Shown here one piece after another: positions 1 through 13,324 of a stretch of DNA of 64,000 nucleotides (its first letter is position 1; each line of letters begins with the position of its first letter). Where the stretch lies: contig OX597821.1 in NCBI GenBank assembly GCA_951406725.2, forward strand, positions 11,346,001 to 11,410,000. The letters run 5' to 3'. A program made the position numbers and the translations under genes. Source of the DNA: Octopus vulgaris (Eukaryota). The notes below the pieces were generated by a model that saw only the letters and a list, made by a program, of their open reading frames with translations, was not told where the DNA came from and searched no databases.

Positions 1-782
1 CTAGCTGACAAAAACTTGAGATATTTAAAAACTAGACAGCAACAAGCAAGGAAGGTCTAGTTGACTGAAATTTCTGGACAAATTGCTTTTGTTGATTTTT
101 CTTCTTTTTTTTTTTTTTGATGTCAATAGACAGAATTCTTGCTCTATAATTGCCTGGATAATGTCGGTTGATTAACTTATAAAATAGGACGTATAAAACC
201 CTAGCTTATTTGTATTGAACAAGTGGAACACTCCTATAATATATTTTCTCTCAATCATAACTAGAGTCATTATATTCCATATGTATGTGTTTGAGTGTGT
301 GAGAGTGTCCGCGTTTGTGTAACTATGACAACTATAATGAAAAGCAATGCAATTTCAAGCCTACAACAAAGCACTTGGTCACATGCACGATTTCAGAAAG
401 AAAAGAAAAAGATTCAACAACGACCGCCAACGTAAATTATACTAAATGCAGATGACAAAAGTGAAAGTAATATCCTAAACTCAAAGATCGCAAAAGTCAT
501 GTCTATTTATATTTATTCTTTATTTTTCAAATTATCCAAATTCCAGAAACATAATAATATCCATCTGGATACGATTGAACATATACGTTATCATATGTTC
601 ATATCCAAATTCACTCGCAGTGCATAGGTCGTTTCCTGTATCAATTGGCCGCCATAGAGCTTTGGTTCTGTTTTGTTTATATATCTATCTTTTTTGTTTC
701 TTTTCATTGCTTATCTATTTATTTATTTATTCCATGAACTTCATAAGACCGTACTGAGGATAATAGTACAGACGAAAAAGGA

Positions 783-785
<3 letters not shown>

Positions 786-823
<38 letters not shown>

Positions 824-1012
824 TACTAGACAGCAAAGAGGAATATATATTAGCTTCTGATAGTGAGAGGTTGGTTATATAGATACGTCGGGGATGGCGA
901 CATTCTTCTAAAACGAAAGTGTACTTTAACCGATAAACATATATCCAATAAAAGCAACTACAAAAGTGCGTGTGTGGGCGGTACACTCGCATACATAATC
1001 ATACATATATAC

Positions 1013-1044
<32 letters not shown>

Positions 1045-1310
1045 TTTTTCGTTTCTCATTGTGTTCAACATTTTTTTGATGTCCTGTACCCATATATGCA
1101 TGTATATATACATATATATGTAGGTATGTACATATATGTATGTATATGTGCATATATTTATATATTATTCATATTATATATATATATATATACATAAATG
1201 CATATATCAATACATATCTACATATTTGTGTGTGTACATGTATATACCGATATTCATATATATATACACATATATATATATATATATCCATACCTATACA
1301 TATATATATA

Positions 1311-1390
<80 letters not shown>
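786..1390. repeat. Compound (TA)n/(TG)n/(CA)n microsatellite field (similar fields at 2540-2755, 4735-5055, 19300-19650, 20330-20960, 21145-21270 and 54085-54330)
   Basis: Directly visible dinucleotide runs. Confidence 0.95.
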
Positions 1391-1391
<1 letters not shown>

Positions 1392-2573
1392 GGTGGGTAT
1401 ACCAATATCAATATACACCAATATCAAACCATGACAAGGCGTAACCTTCCTCGACCAATCGCAGGCCGCTTTACGGGAATATCAATCAACTTCTGTCATT
1501 CAAATTCAAAATGGCAGACGACTAGCTTGGAGCTTGAAACTCAAGTGTGCCAACGAATTTGAATCAAACTGTTTTGATCCATATATATATACATACACAC
1601 ACAGACACGCACACACGCATTCACTCACTTATATATCCATCAGATATAAGCTTTTTAAAACACAGCATACTCATAACAGATGTTATCATTGGACAAATTC
1701 TGCTGTAAATTGCCTGTCAACGAAGTGTATACATGAAGCATGAAACATAGAGAGCTATTTTAATTTGATAATGCTTCAGTTGTGCATACTAGACACACAC
1801 AAAGCATACGTAAACATAAGCGTGTACGCAAACACTCCTCCGCCTGCGTTCACATTATCTGCTCCTGCAGAGTTTCTATCTAAACAAATTACACTTATAT
1901 GGTATGGGTGAGTTGTTGCCTCATTTTATGAACCCCTGAAGTATAAAAAGATATAAAGCAAACGCCATTTCTGCGGGATTTGAAAGCAAGCCGTAAAATG
2001 AAATTACAAAAAAAAAAAAAACTAACTAAATATGGCAGCCATTTTGTCCAAAGTCCCCACAACTCTACCAGTCCACCATTCTGCCACCTTTTTCTAATGG
2101 GTTTCTGTTACATTCATAACAATAGCATCTAATAATTGACCTCCGGTTATTTGCGCTGTTATGACTTTTACGTTAAAACTGTTGATCGATTTTAGAGGGA
2201 TCAGAGATAATGTTGCCTCCCGCCACTTCCTTTCTGGTGGGAATTAAGGTTAGAAATACTAAATCATCCGCTCCATTTGATCGGTTGTATTTATAGTCTG
2301 TTGTAGCGTAATTTCTGTTGAAAATTTCCTTTTTTCTCTGTCTCCAGATGACGAAACAGCATGCAAACAATTATTTGAAGTGAATATCAAAAAACGTAAG
2401 AAGAATGATGTGAATAATGTTGACCATGACGGCGATGAGGATACAAGAACACATGTGTGTATATATGATTGTACATGCATATCTGTCTAGCTATCTAACA
2501 ATCTATTTTTATCTATCTATCTATCTATCATCTATGTGCATATGTATATATATATATATGTGTGTGTGTGTGT

Positions 2574-2614
<41 letters not shown>

Positions 2615-2659
2615 AGCACGCACGCACACGCACGCACACGCACGCACGCACACACACGC

Positions 2660-2759
<100 letters not shown>

Positions 2760-2873
2760 ATATGTTACATTACTCGATAGTCAAGATAAAACTCTGAGAT
2801 AAATTTCCTCTATTTACATAATATTGAGGTCTCTTTCTTTCTTTTGTTATCTTACCGTTTTACCAATATATAT

Positions 2874-2906
<33 letters not shown>

Positions 2907-3166
2907 CATATATATGTGCGCATGTATATGTAACAATTGTAAATGACAGAAGCAGTATTAATATCAACCCGTAATACCTATCCTCACTTAAAAGTAGATG
3001 TTGTGTTACAACGCAGAATCCTTCTTATATGAGCTTCTGTATATAAACATGTGAGCTTATATGCATCACAGGTTTGTATGAAAGATTTTCTCATGGTAAT
3101 AATCGCAATATTTTGCGTTCTAATACAACAGCCACATTTAAGTAGGATATATGTACATAGACACAC

Positions 3167-3199
<33 letters not shown>

Positions 3200-3277
3200 C
3201 GTATATACATATATATATATATATATATTATTATATATATATATATATACATATGTGTGTGTGTATGTGAGTGTGTG

Positions 3278-3610
3278 AGGGCGCTTGGCTCAGTGGTTAG
3301 AGCGTCGAGCTTACGATCGTGAGGTTGTTAGTTCGAATCCCGGACCGGGCTACGTTTTGTGTTCTTAAGCAAGACACTTTATTTCACGTTGCTCCAGTTC
3401 ACTCAGCTGTAGAAATGAGTTGCGACGTCACAGGTGCAAAGCTGTATCGGCCTTTGCCTTTCCCTTGGATAACATCGGTGGTGTGGAGAGGGGAGGCTGG
3501 TATGCATGAGCGACTGCAGGTGTTCCATAAGCAACCTTGCCTGGACTTGTGCCTGGGAGGGTAACTTTCTAGGTGCAATCCCATGGTCATTCATAATCAA
3601 AGGGGGTTTC
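3278..3610 (+). mobile_element. tRNA-derived SINE family E, representative copy
   Basis: A box TGGCTCAGTGG, B box GTTCGAATCC, core AGCAAGACACTT...TTGCTCCAGTTCACTCAGCTG. Other copies at 4510-4715(+), 33638-33945(-), 11330-11490(-) and 57200-57340(+). Confidence 0.8.
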
Positions 3611-3612
3611 AA

Positions 3613-3645
<33 letters not shown>

Positions 3646-4774
3646 TTATGTAAGAAGGTTTGAAAAGGCAATTTTAAAGATGTTTATTAACATGACCGGT
3701 TTCGCTTTTTTAGAAAAAGATTGTCAAAAGTAAAATGTAAAGCTTTGTATATGTTTTGTTGTCTTAAGCACTTGTTATTACAAAAGTATTAAAATACAGT
3801 TCTCCATTTTTTGATAATAATAAGAAAATGTTAAAAACAGTTTACAAGAAAGTATTTAAGAAAGTATTCAAAAAGTATTATGAGTTCAATAAAAATCATG
3901 TTTGTTTGGTAGTATATATATAAACAGAGGGAGATATATTTAAGAAAATGTACAAAATATTGGAGAGGAATTGACCTGTCTTTCTGACATTTTCTGTCTT
4001 GTGTGTAGCTAAGGAATATTTGCTATTTTAAGGGACAGTGTGGGAGGTTGGTTGGGGGAGGGGAAGGAAGAGCAATGTGGAATCAAAAGGATTTTTTTGC
4101 TTCTGGCCTAGTCTGTCATGGTTCAATGGTTTTTGGGACTGGTCTTAGAGGTCAGAATGGTGTGAGTGTGTGTGTCTCTGTACACGTTTCTATGCGTGAG
4201 TGTATATACATGTGCTTGTGATTGTGTGTAGGGGCCGTTTATGATTGGTCCCAAAGTTTATATGGGTCTGTATGTGTTTTATATTGGTAGAATGTACAAA
4301 TTGAAATGCAAAAACAAAAACGAAATAATGAATTGAAAGTTTGGTACTTTTGTTTATTTCTACCTTGCGACACTTATGAGATCAACGCGCTGTCTATCGA
4401 AAGCGTGCTCTTTGGTACAAGAGAGCCCCTTTGCTCCAAAACGCCCCTCGAGCTCCAGATGCCCCCCCCCCCCCGGGGGGCGATATCGCCCCCGTTGAGA
4501 ACCTTTGCTCTAGATCACTCAGCTGTAGAAATGAGTTACGATGTCACTGGTACCAAACTGTATCAGGTTTTGCCTTTTCCCTGGGTAACAGTGGAGGCGT
4601 GGAGAAGGAAAGCGGGTATGCACGGGTAACTGCTGGTCTTCCATAAACAACATTCCCGGGCTCGTGTCTCACGGGGTAACTTTCTAGGTGCAATGCCTGG
4701 GTGATTCATGATTGAAATGTGTCTTTATCCTTTATATGTGTGTGTGTGTGTTTGTGTGTGCGTGTGTGCGTGTG

Positions 4775-4864
<90 letters not shown>

Positions 4865-5004
4865 TCTCAGTTCATTAACTTCATATTCTGCAAGTACTGT
4901 TTGAATACAAACACTTTTATATGTAAGTGTGTTTCATTGCTGATATGTATACATCACTCATGCTCATGCACAAGCTCGCTTTCTCTCTCTCTCTCTCACA
5001 CACA

Positions 5005-5036
<32 letters not shown>

Positions 5037-7667
5037 TACGCACGCACGCACACACCGTATGACATTAAGCTAGATGATACTGCTGCTATGTCCCTGTTTA
5101 TGTCGGGGGGATTTTATTAGTGGCATCTACAAACTTTTGTCACTGAGTATTGAACACAGTTCGATCGCTGACTCCACGAGTAGAAATTTATCTTTTGTTT
5201 TACAGCGTGAACCATTTTCCGTCATAGACAAATCTATCGGGAAATCTTTGCCCAATTATCACTTAGAAATGTAATATCAAAAGATTAATAATTGAAAAAA
5301 AAATTGATTTAGTTTATTGTTTATTGAACAAAAGAAGTTCGTGACTATTGTCGGCTACAGGAGGAGGAGAGTTGTAATCAACGAGATTATTAAATATGAT
5401 TTGCTAATTAAAAGAAAGCGTGGTGAAGGGTGGAAAGGTAAAGCTTTAGAAAATGTCTTGTGTTTAGTTTTTGTTGTATACCAAATATGGCGACTGAATT
5501 AACACAACGAATACTTCTTCCGCTTATGCAACCTCTACTTAGAAGTTTTCGTTCTGCTCGCTTTTCTCGCTTTTCTCGCTTTTCTAGCTTTTCTCCCTTC
5601 CACCTCCCTTGTTGGGCCCACACCCACACGTCAGATACTACACTAATCATTATCCACAAAACTTTCCCACCGGTCCCCTGGAATTACTTCACTGCTTGTT
5701 CATTTACCGCAGTCATCGATTTTCAAATGCTCGTGGGAAATATTATATAATATCAGTCTCGTCAGCTTGGCGGACTTGTTTTAAGTATTTTGCACACTCT
5801 CTCCTCCTTCATCCCCAGCAAGTGTGTACGATCAGACATATATACCAACCCTTTCCAGATTGCTCACTTTTTGTTCTATAAATATAAATCTCTATATGAT
5901 ACCCTAAACACAGCCAAACAATAATATCTATTTGGTTTTTCCATTGTCTAACCGAAAACACATTAAAACATAAATGCTTAAGAGGGAAAAATGTAAATTT
6001 TCGGCGTAACATTTTTCATAAATGTTTAACAGAAATGTTATAACTAACAATTCGCACCATGGTAAGACTAGCGACAACAGAAAGAAAAGAAAAACACTCC
6101 ATTATGCCAAATTTTCTTGTGGCTCCTCCTCCCTTGTTTTTATTGTTTAGTCGGAAATTGAAGGGCAGCACCCACAATACCTTACTTTTTCATGACCTCC
6201 TAGACTGCTGGGGTGTAGGGAGGAAATTATACTGAAAATGGAAACCTGTTCTGTATGCTTGCAACAGAGTGGACTCTGATTAGCCATTTGAACGTGAAAA
6301 GCAGATATATACGTTCAAAATGTTATAACTATTAACTGTAGAAAGCAGTTTTTTCCCCCACGTCTTTGAAAAGCCCTTTCCACCAGCACAATTTACAAAA
6401 GCCAATTTTTCAGATCTTCTTAACTCTTTTACATATTTCTTCAAATCTCTGTTTACATGGAATACTGAAAAAGTATTGCTGACGTAGAAAATATTAATTC
6501 AATTTCCGGTGGACACTTATCATAATTACGAGAATGACCATGGAAATTTAATTACGCTGTCAAAGGATTTAGATAGACAAGGACCTAGTGGTAGTGCTAA
6601 ACCGGATATAGATTAAGTCAGCCACCCAAGAACACAGACTGCAAATGGCAGAACATAATGCATTTTGCAGGTCTCTTACAAATCCACCCATCACTACTCT
6701 AGTTGATACTTTATTTTACCGAATCTTAAAAGATAAAAGGCAAAGATGATCTAATCTACCAGGCATGGGAATTCAAAGTGTAGAAAACTAAAATATATAC
6801 TACAAAGTATTTTGTTTTATGCTCTTGCGACTGTGTCAATTTGCAGCTTAATTATACATCGATAATTTATACTTGTATTGCTTGCTGATAATTAGTGTTA
6901 ATTAAATATAATTAAAACCCAAGTTGGTATTTAATATAGTTGGAAAACAATTATTTTTATACAATTATTTCTTATTCAGTATTTTTAATGCCTCGTACTC
7001 TCAGTTACACAATGGAATTGTGAAGGCGACACCATTGTTGAGCCATGTTTGGAGCATTCTTGTGTCTTAATTTAGTCCTGCTCACCAGTTCAGGTCAATC
7101 AGAAAAGTTCGGGGACCATCAAACTCCTTCTCTAATTAACCTAGAAAAATAGCAAAGTTGCGTTTCTTTACAATTATAAGATAATACTTTTTCCATTTAC
7201 GAAAGCGTTATGGTATGTTCGAGGAAGGTTTGGCTACTCTTTAACATATACCACTATTACATAAGGAATAGTAAGGTAACAGCCTTGATTCAGAGGATTA
7301 AGAAGAATAAAATATGTTCCATATTATCAACGTCGGTCCTCATATTTCTGCTTTATCCTCTCTTCTTTCATAAAGATTAAAATAAATATTAGTAAATATA
7401 TTAAAATAGCGCCAACATTCGACCTTATTCAGGTTTATTAAAACCAGAAATAAATAGAGCGACATGAATACCTGGATAAACTACTTTAAAAGGAGCTAAC
7501 AATGTTCGGTTAATCCTTGACTGTTGGTTCAGACTTGTTGCATCCAAACCATCCAGAAGAGGGTTCAAACTGAGCTTCCGGGAGATGTGAGAATAATAAA
7601 CGTTTATAATGGTTGGGGCACTCCGTCTGTTGAGACGCTGACTAGTATGTACTGTGTTGTTGTTGTC

Positions 7668-7691
7668 GTCTTCTTCTTCTTCTTCTTCCAA

Positions 7692-7723
<32 letters not shown>

Positions 7724-7784
7724 CTTCTTCTTCTTCTTCTTCTTCTTCTTCTTCTTCTTCATATTTGTTAGGTGGTATGATTTC

Positions 7785-7856
<72 letters not shown>
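7668..7856. repeat. (TTC)n and (ATT)n trinucleotide microsatellites
   Basis: Directly visible. Source of the poly-F/S/K/I/L ORFs in the track. Confidence 0.95.
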
Positions 7857-7960
7857 TGTTCGTCTATTGACACGTATTATACACCGCTCCCCTTACTTTG
7901 TTATTATTTCAATTGTTGCATAAAGATACATGTTGCATAAAGCTATAAAACAAATGAAAT

Positions 7961-8380
7961 CCAAACTTTGGCATCGAGAGTTACACAAATGCCAGAACTG
8001 GGCGCCACTGCATAGTGCCAAGGACTCCAAATTTGCCATCAAGATGTAGGACAAGATACTGTGATAGCCTGGGCTTCCGAGGCCCACAGCTCTTCGATAT
8101 CCTCCCGAAGAACCTAAGAGACCTGCATGGGGTGGATGCAGATATCTTTAAAATAAAACTGGATCTCTTCTTGTCAGGTGTCGCAGATGAACCAGCTTCA
8201 CGGCGGGAGGTGCAGATGAGGGCAGCTGCATTGAACTCTCTCATGCACCAAATGGCAATTGCTAAAAAGCATTCGTGAAGTAAAATCATGTAGCAACACC
8301 AAATGGCGGTGCCCCAGCATGGCCACAGCTTGTGAGCTGAAACTAGATAAAAATAAAAAATATATAAAAATAAAATAAAA
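7961..8380 (+). mobile_element. 3' fragment of a CR1-group LINE (ORF2 C-terminus, 3' UTR, (TAAAA)n tail)
   Basis: PNFGIESY...SLGFRGPQLFDILPKNLRDL...FKIKLDLFLSGVADEP...NSL. The sister copy at 52730 has RRRERYAVIYVWKILEGLV, typical of CR1-group ORF2 ends. Exact clade uncertain. Confidence 0.75.
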
Positions 8381-9267
8381 CTAGAACAGTAACGGATTAC
8401 GATAAAACGATGGCAAGAAAAGCCCCTTCATGGTAAATACTGGACTAAACTAAATGCAAAAGAAATAGACAAAGAAAAATCTCAGCAATGGTTGAGAAGC
8501 TCAGGACTCAAAGCAGAGACAGAGGGATTTGTAATTGCAGCACAAGACCAAAGCCTCCCCACCAGAAATTACCAAAAACATGTAATGAAAAGAAATATAA
8601 CAAGTAACTGCAGAATATGTGGAGATGGACAAGAAACAATAAATCATATTATCTCTGGCTGTCCAGGCATGGCTGAGAAGGAATATATACACAGATACGA
8701 TAGAGTTGGGAACTACGTACACTGGAAGCCATGCCAACATTATGGAATAACAACAGAAAAAAAGATGGTATAAGCACACACCAGAAAAGGTCACAGAAAA
8801 CGAGAAAGCAACCATACTAAGGGATATACCAATACACAACGATAGAGAAATTCAGGCCAACAGGCCAAATATAGTTGTCAGAGATCATGAAGAAAAAAAT
8901 GCTTTCTAATTGATGTATCAATACCAGCGGATGACAACGTGTCTCTAAAAGAAATGGAGAAACTTTCAAAATACAAAGACCTGGAAATAGAGGTAACCAG
9001 AATGTGGAATCTAAAAACAGAACAAACTCTATCATAGTAGGCGCATTAGGCATGATAAATATTCAGACAAATACATAACAAAAACACCAGGTCTTACAAA
9101 CACATATAACATACAGAAAATTGCACTACTGGGCACTGCACACATCCTACGCAAAACACTTTCAATACAGTAACTATCAGAGCATCACAACAAATCACTG
9201 CACATACCCAAGGCACACAGAGCTGCGCTCGGTAGTGAAGTGAAAGCACGCTATAAAAATAGAGCTA

Positions 9268-9330
<63 letters not shown>
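8381..9330 (+). mobile_element. R4/Dong-clade non-LTR retrotransposon 3' fragment (CCHC knuckle + restriction-like endonuclease) ending in (AAT)n
   Basis: LKAETEGFVIAAQDQSLPTRNY, CRICGDGQETINHIISGC, R(H)DRV, ANRPNIVVRD...CFLIDVSIP...KEMEKLSKYKDL, with frameshifts. (AAT)n runs 9271-9330. Confidence 0.88.
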
Positions 9331-9332
<2 letters not shown>

Positions 9333-9343
9333 AGAGGTATATG

Positions 9344-9462
9344 GCTTACGGCCATATCACGTTGAAAGCACCGGTTCTTGTCCGATCACAGAAGTTAAGC
9401 AACATCGAGCCTAGTTAGTACTTAGATGGGTGACCACTTGGGGGGCCTAGGTGCTGCAAGCA
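9344..9462 (+). pseudogene. 5S rRNA pseudogene / 5S-derived sequence (119 nt)
   Basis: GCTTACGGCCATATCACGTTGAAAGCACCGGTTCTTGTCCGATCACAGAAGTTAAGCAAC...TAGTACTTAGATGGGTGACC...GTGCTGCAAGCA matches invertebrate 5S rRNA over its full length. It has substitutions in box C and the 3' domain, no oligo-T terminator, and is single copy here. Confidence 0.85.
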
Positions 9463-9466
9463 TTAA

Positions 9467-9641
9467 GGCGTAGGAGTAGCTGTGTGGTAAGTAGCTTGCT
9501 TACCAACCACATGGTTCCGGGTTCAGTCCCACTGCGTGGCACCTTGGGCAAATGTCTTCTACTATAGTCTCGGGCTGACCAAAGCCTTGAGTGGATGTGG
9601 AAGACGGAAACTGAAAGAAACCCGCCGTATATATGTATATA

Positions 9642-9700
<59 letters not shown>

Positions 9701-9862
9701 CAACCGATGCTGGTGTGTTTACGTCTACGTAACTTAGCGGTTCGGCAAAAGAGACCGACAGAATAAGTACTAGGCTTACAAAATAATAAGTCCTGGGTCG
9801 ATTTGCTCGACTAAAGGCTGTGCTCCAGCATGGCCACAGTCAAATGACTGAAACAAGTAAGC
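9467..9862 (+). mobile_element. tRNA-derived SINE family A, representative copy (about 20 copies or fragments in the window)
   Basis: A/B-box head TGGCTGTGTGGT...GGTTCAGTCCC, internal (TA)/(TG) microsatellite, tail GGCGGTGCTCCAGCATGGCCGCAGTCAAATGACTGAAACAAG. Other copies at approximately 11495-11945(-), 12620-13050(-), 21268-21737(-), 26680-27080(+), 27990-28395(-), 29740-29990(-), 32153-32546(+), 34530-34875(-), 42077-42487(-), 55808-56200(+), 56748-57135(+), 60563-61325(-) and 63690-64000(-). Confidence 0.88.
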
Positions 9863-10449
9863 ATATATATAATATACATATATACGACGGACTTCTTTCA
9901 GTTTCCGTCTACCAAATCCACTCACAAGCTTTGGTCCGCCCGAGGCAATAGCAGAAGACAGTTGCCCAAGGCGCCACGCAGTAGGACAGAACCCGGAATC
10001 ATGTGGTTGATAATCAAGCTACTTACCACAGCCACTCATGCGTCTGAATAATAATAATTATAAATTTAGTTAATTATTTAATTATTTAATAAATTAATTG
10101 AGTAAATATATATATATATGGAATATATAATAACATTTTGCAATTTTTCATTGCTTTAGTAAACATGCTTTGTTAAAAAATGCTCTCCTAATTTGCATAA
10201 TTATCTTAAATAGCTTTTTATTTTGTTTGTCTTAAATCAATAATTTATTCCAATGATTCTTGCAATTTGTATAACTATCCATTATTATAAATTTTCTAAA
10301 AAGATACATAGCGTATCAGAACAAAAATTCAATAACCTATAACTATCTCCTTCAATAAATGATGTACGCTTATGTAAAATTTCTAGCATAAAACAATGAC
10401 CTACATTTCGAGGCATACACACTTTCGCTTATATATTTTAAAGTTACAA

Positions 10450-10862
10450 GGCGGCGAGCTGGCAGAATCGTTAGCACGCCGGGCGAAATGCTTAGCGGTA
10501 TTTTGTCTGCCGCTACGTTCTGAGTTCAAATTCCGCCGAGGTCGACTTTGCCTTTCATCCTTTCGGGGTCGATTAAATAAGTACCAGTCACGCACTGGGG
10601 TCGTTGTAATCGACTTAATCCGTTTGTCTGTCCTTGTTTGTCCTCTCTGTGTTTAGCTCCTTGTGGGTAGTAAAGAAATAGGTATTTCGTTTACCGCTAC
10701 GTTCTGAGTTCAAATTCCGCCGAGGTCGACTTTGCCTTTCATCCTTTCGGGGTCGATTAAATAAGTACCAGTTACGCACTGGATCGATATAATCAACTTA
10801 ATCCGTTTGTCTGTCCTTGTTTGCCGTCTCTGTGTTTAGTCCCTTGTGGGTAGTAAAGAAAT
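10450..10862 (+). mobile_element. tRNA-derived SINE family C with Meta-like central domain; body duplicated in tandem
   Basis: GGCGGCGAGCTGGCAGAA...GAGTTCAAATTCC head and GTCGACTTTGCCTTTCATCCTTTCGGGGTCGATTAAATAAGTACCAG, resembling the MetaSINE core. Other copies at 46855-47083(-), 47255-48005(-) and 48519-48673(-). Confidence 0.8.
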
Positions 10863-11700
10863 GTGTATATTTTAAAGTTACTTTTAGTGGCATTCTGTGG
10901 GTTATGATGTCGACGGTTCCAGTTGAGCCGATCAACGGAACAACCTGCTCGTAAAACCAACAAGCTGAGCACTGCCCAGACATGCGTACACTTAACATAG
11001 TCCTCAGGGAGACCCAGCATGACACAGAATGTGACAAGGATGGCCTATCACTGTGGTCTGCTCTGCAGGTGGCTAGATATTTGACTGGGGGTCCGGAAGG
11101 AGGAGGAAGGGAAAAGTGATAGTGTATTTTTGATTTTTGATTGAGTTTTTGATTTTTATGTAATAAAACAACCTAAGATTTCGAAGGATGTTCGGTCTGC
11201 GGGCGCCGAAAACCCTTCCCATTTACATCATTCGTATTTGTGATTTTCATGTCATTAATGTATATGTCCAGCCCGCATTGCTTCTCTGTAAGGCCTTCAT
11301 GGCCAATTTGATAAAATAAAATAAAATAAAGGATGGTCTTTTGAATTACAGGTACAAGTCACTTATGCCAGCTGAGTGGATTGGAGCAACGTGAAATAAG
11401 GTCTCTTGCTCAAGGACACAACGCGCCGCCAGGAATCGAACTCGCGATCGTAAGCCGAATACACTAACCACTAAGCTACGCGCCTTCGCTATACTATTTT
11501 ACTCCTTTACTTGTTTCAGTCATTTGACTGTGGCCATGCTGGAGCACCGCCTTTAGTCGAGCAAATCAACCCCAGGACTTATTCTTTGTAAGCCTAGTAC
11601 TTATTCTATCAGTCTCTTTTGCCAAACCGCTAAGTTACGCAGACGTAAGCACAGCAGCATCGGTTGTCAAGCGATGTTGGGGGGGGGGGGACAAACACAG

Positions 11701-11777
<77 letters not shown>

Positions 11778-13324
11778 TATACGACGGGCTTCTTTCAGTT
11801 TTCGTCTACCAAATCCACTCAAAAGATTTTGGTCAGCCCCAGGCAATAGTAGAAGACACTCGCCCAAGGTACCACGCAGTAGGACTGAACCCGGAACCAT
11901 GTGGTTGGTTAGCAAGCTACTTACCATACAGTCACTCTTGCGCGCGCCTACGCCTAGTTTGAAATATAAATCTATGAAGACATAGACATATACTACTGCT
12001 ATTTTATATAAATTGAACTAGCTGCAATACCTGGATACACCTGGATTTATTAGTACGTAGTGAGATCCTCTGCCATAAACGACAACTGAGAATCCTGCCA
12101 CATGTTGCTGAACAGCCCGCACAGATTATTTGCTTACAGTCTTCAATTTTGCTGAACGATGACCATCTCCTTCCATCAAGTCGACATTGCCTGTACAGGT
12201 GCACGATGTACCACACATCAGGTGTCGAATTGATTACAGAGCAACAGGAAATGAAGTGTTTTACTCAAGAACACAACTACTGTCCTATCCAGGAATCGAA
12301 ATCACGAACTACCGATAGCAAGTACAACATCATAAACACCAAACTACAGGCCTAATGATATGTAAAATGCATACAATTTATATGAATTCATTATATTTAG
12401 GATAAATTGCTTTAAAATCATGCCGACAGATTTCAGTTGATTGCAGAATATTGATTCATTCGAAATAATTGGATGAATGAAATTCAGTTTTTAAAAGACA
12501 TCAGAAAAGGTTACATAAACCAGGGCTATTTAAAAAGTTGTGTAAATTTCAGCTCATTAGGCGCAAATATGTGATTTATAATTCAGAACATATATATTTT
12601 CATTTTTATATTTTATAATCTATATCCTTCATCCATTCCAATCAACAGACTGCGGTCATGCTGGGGCACCGCCCTGAATGTTTTAGTTGAATGAATCGAT
12701 CACATTACTTTTTCTTTTCTTTGTTAAACCTGGTACTTATTCTATCGGTATCTTTTTCCGAACCACTAAGTTACGGAAACATATACACATCAACACCAGT
12801 TGTGAAGCGGCGGTGGGGGACAAACACAAACACATGCGCGCGCACAGACATGTATGCATATATATATATATATGTGTGTGTATAACTGGCTTCTTTCATT
12901 TTCTGTCTGCCAAATCCATTTACAAGGCTTTGGTCGGACCGATGCTACAGGGCTATAATAGAAAACCCTTGCTCAAGGTGCCACACAGTGGGACTGAACC
13001 TTAAACCACATGGTTGAGAAACAGATTTTTTTACCAGACAGCGACACCTGTAGAGTAACAAGATTATAGTTATTCCAACAATTAACTCTCTCCATCTATA
13101 ATGACGTTTTTACATCGACATTAACCTACGATTGGTTTAATATCTTATCGTCGACAGTTATCATATTCCTTAATGTGTATCAGGCATGGGACTGAAATCT
13201 AAGAACTTTTATTTCTAAAATAGGAGTAGTAACATTTTTGTGCAGTAAAACAACGGTGCACAAGGTGAGATACATAGCACAAAGTATGTCATGAAAAACT
13301 TTTAGTGAGCTATATTTGTATATA

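Noticed and set aside
2100-2370. 65-aa minus-strand ORF in unique sequence
   Set aside because: No domain similarity or flanking splice signals recognised. It may be non-coding regulatory DNA, but that is unsupported.
3278-3350. tRNA-like sequences here and at 9467, 10450, 58535 etc.
   Set aside because: They have A/B boxes but no complete cloverleaf or acceptor stem, and each continues into a repeated SINE body; they are SINE heads.
4380-4512. GGGGGCGATATCGCCCCC palindrome
   Set aside because: It is followed by GTTGAGAACCTTTG-CTCTAGA, a typical hAT/Charlie MITE terminus; an ordinary subterminal palindrome.
7425-7940. Poly-F/I/K/S/L ORFs here and at 24717-25022
   Set aside because: Trinucleotide microsatellites with no splice or domain support.
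9344-9462. Functional 5S rRNA gene
   Set aside because: Solitary, with substitutions in box C and the 3' helix and no oligo-T terminator; kept as a pseudogene.
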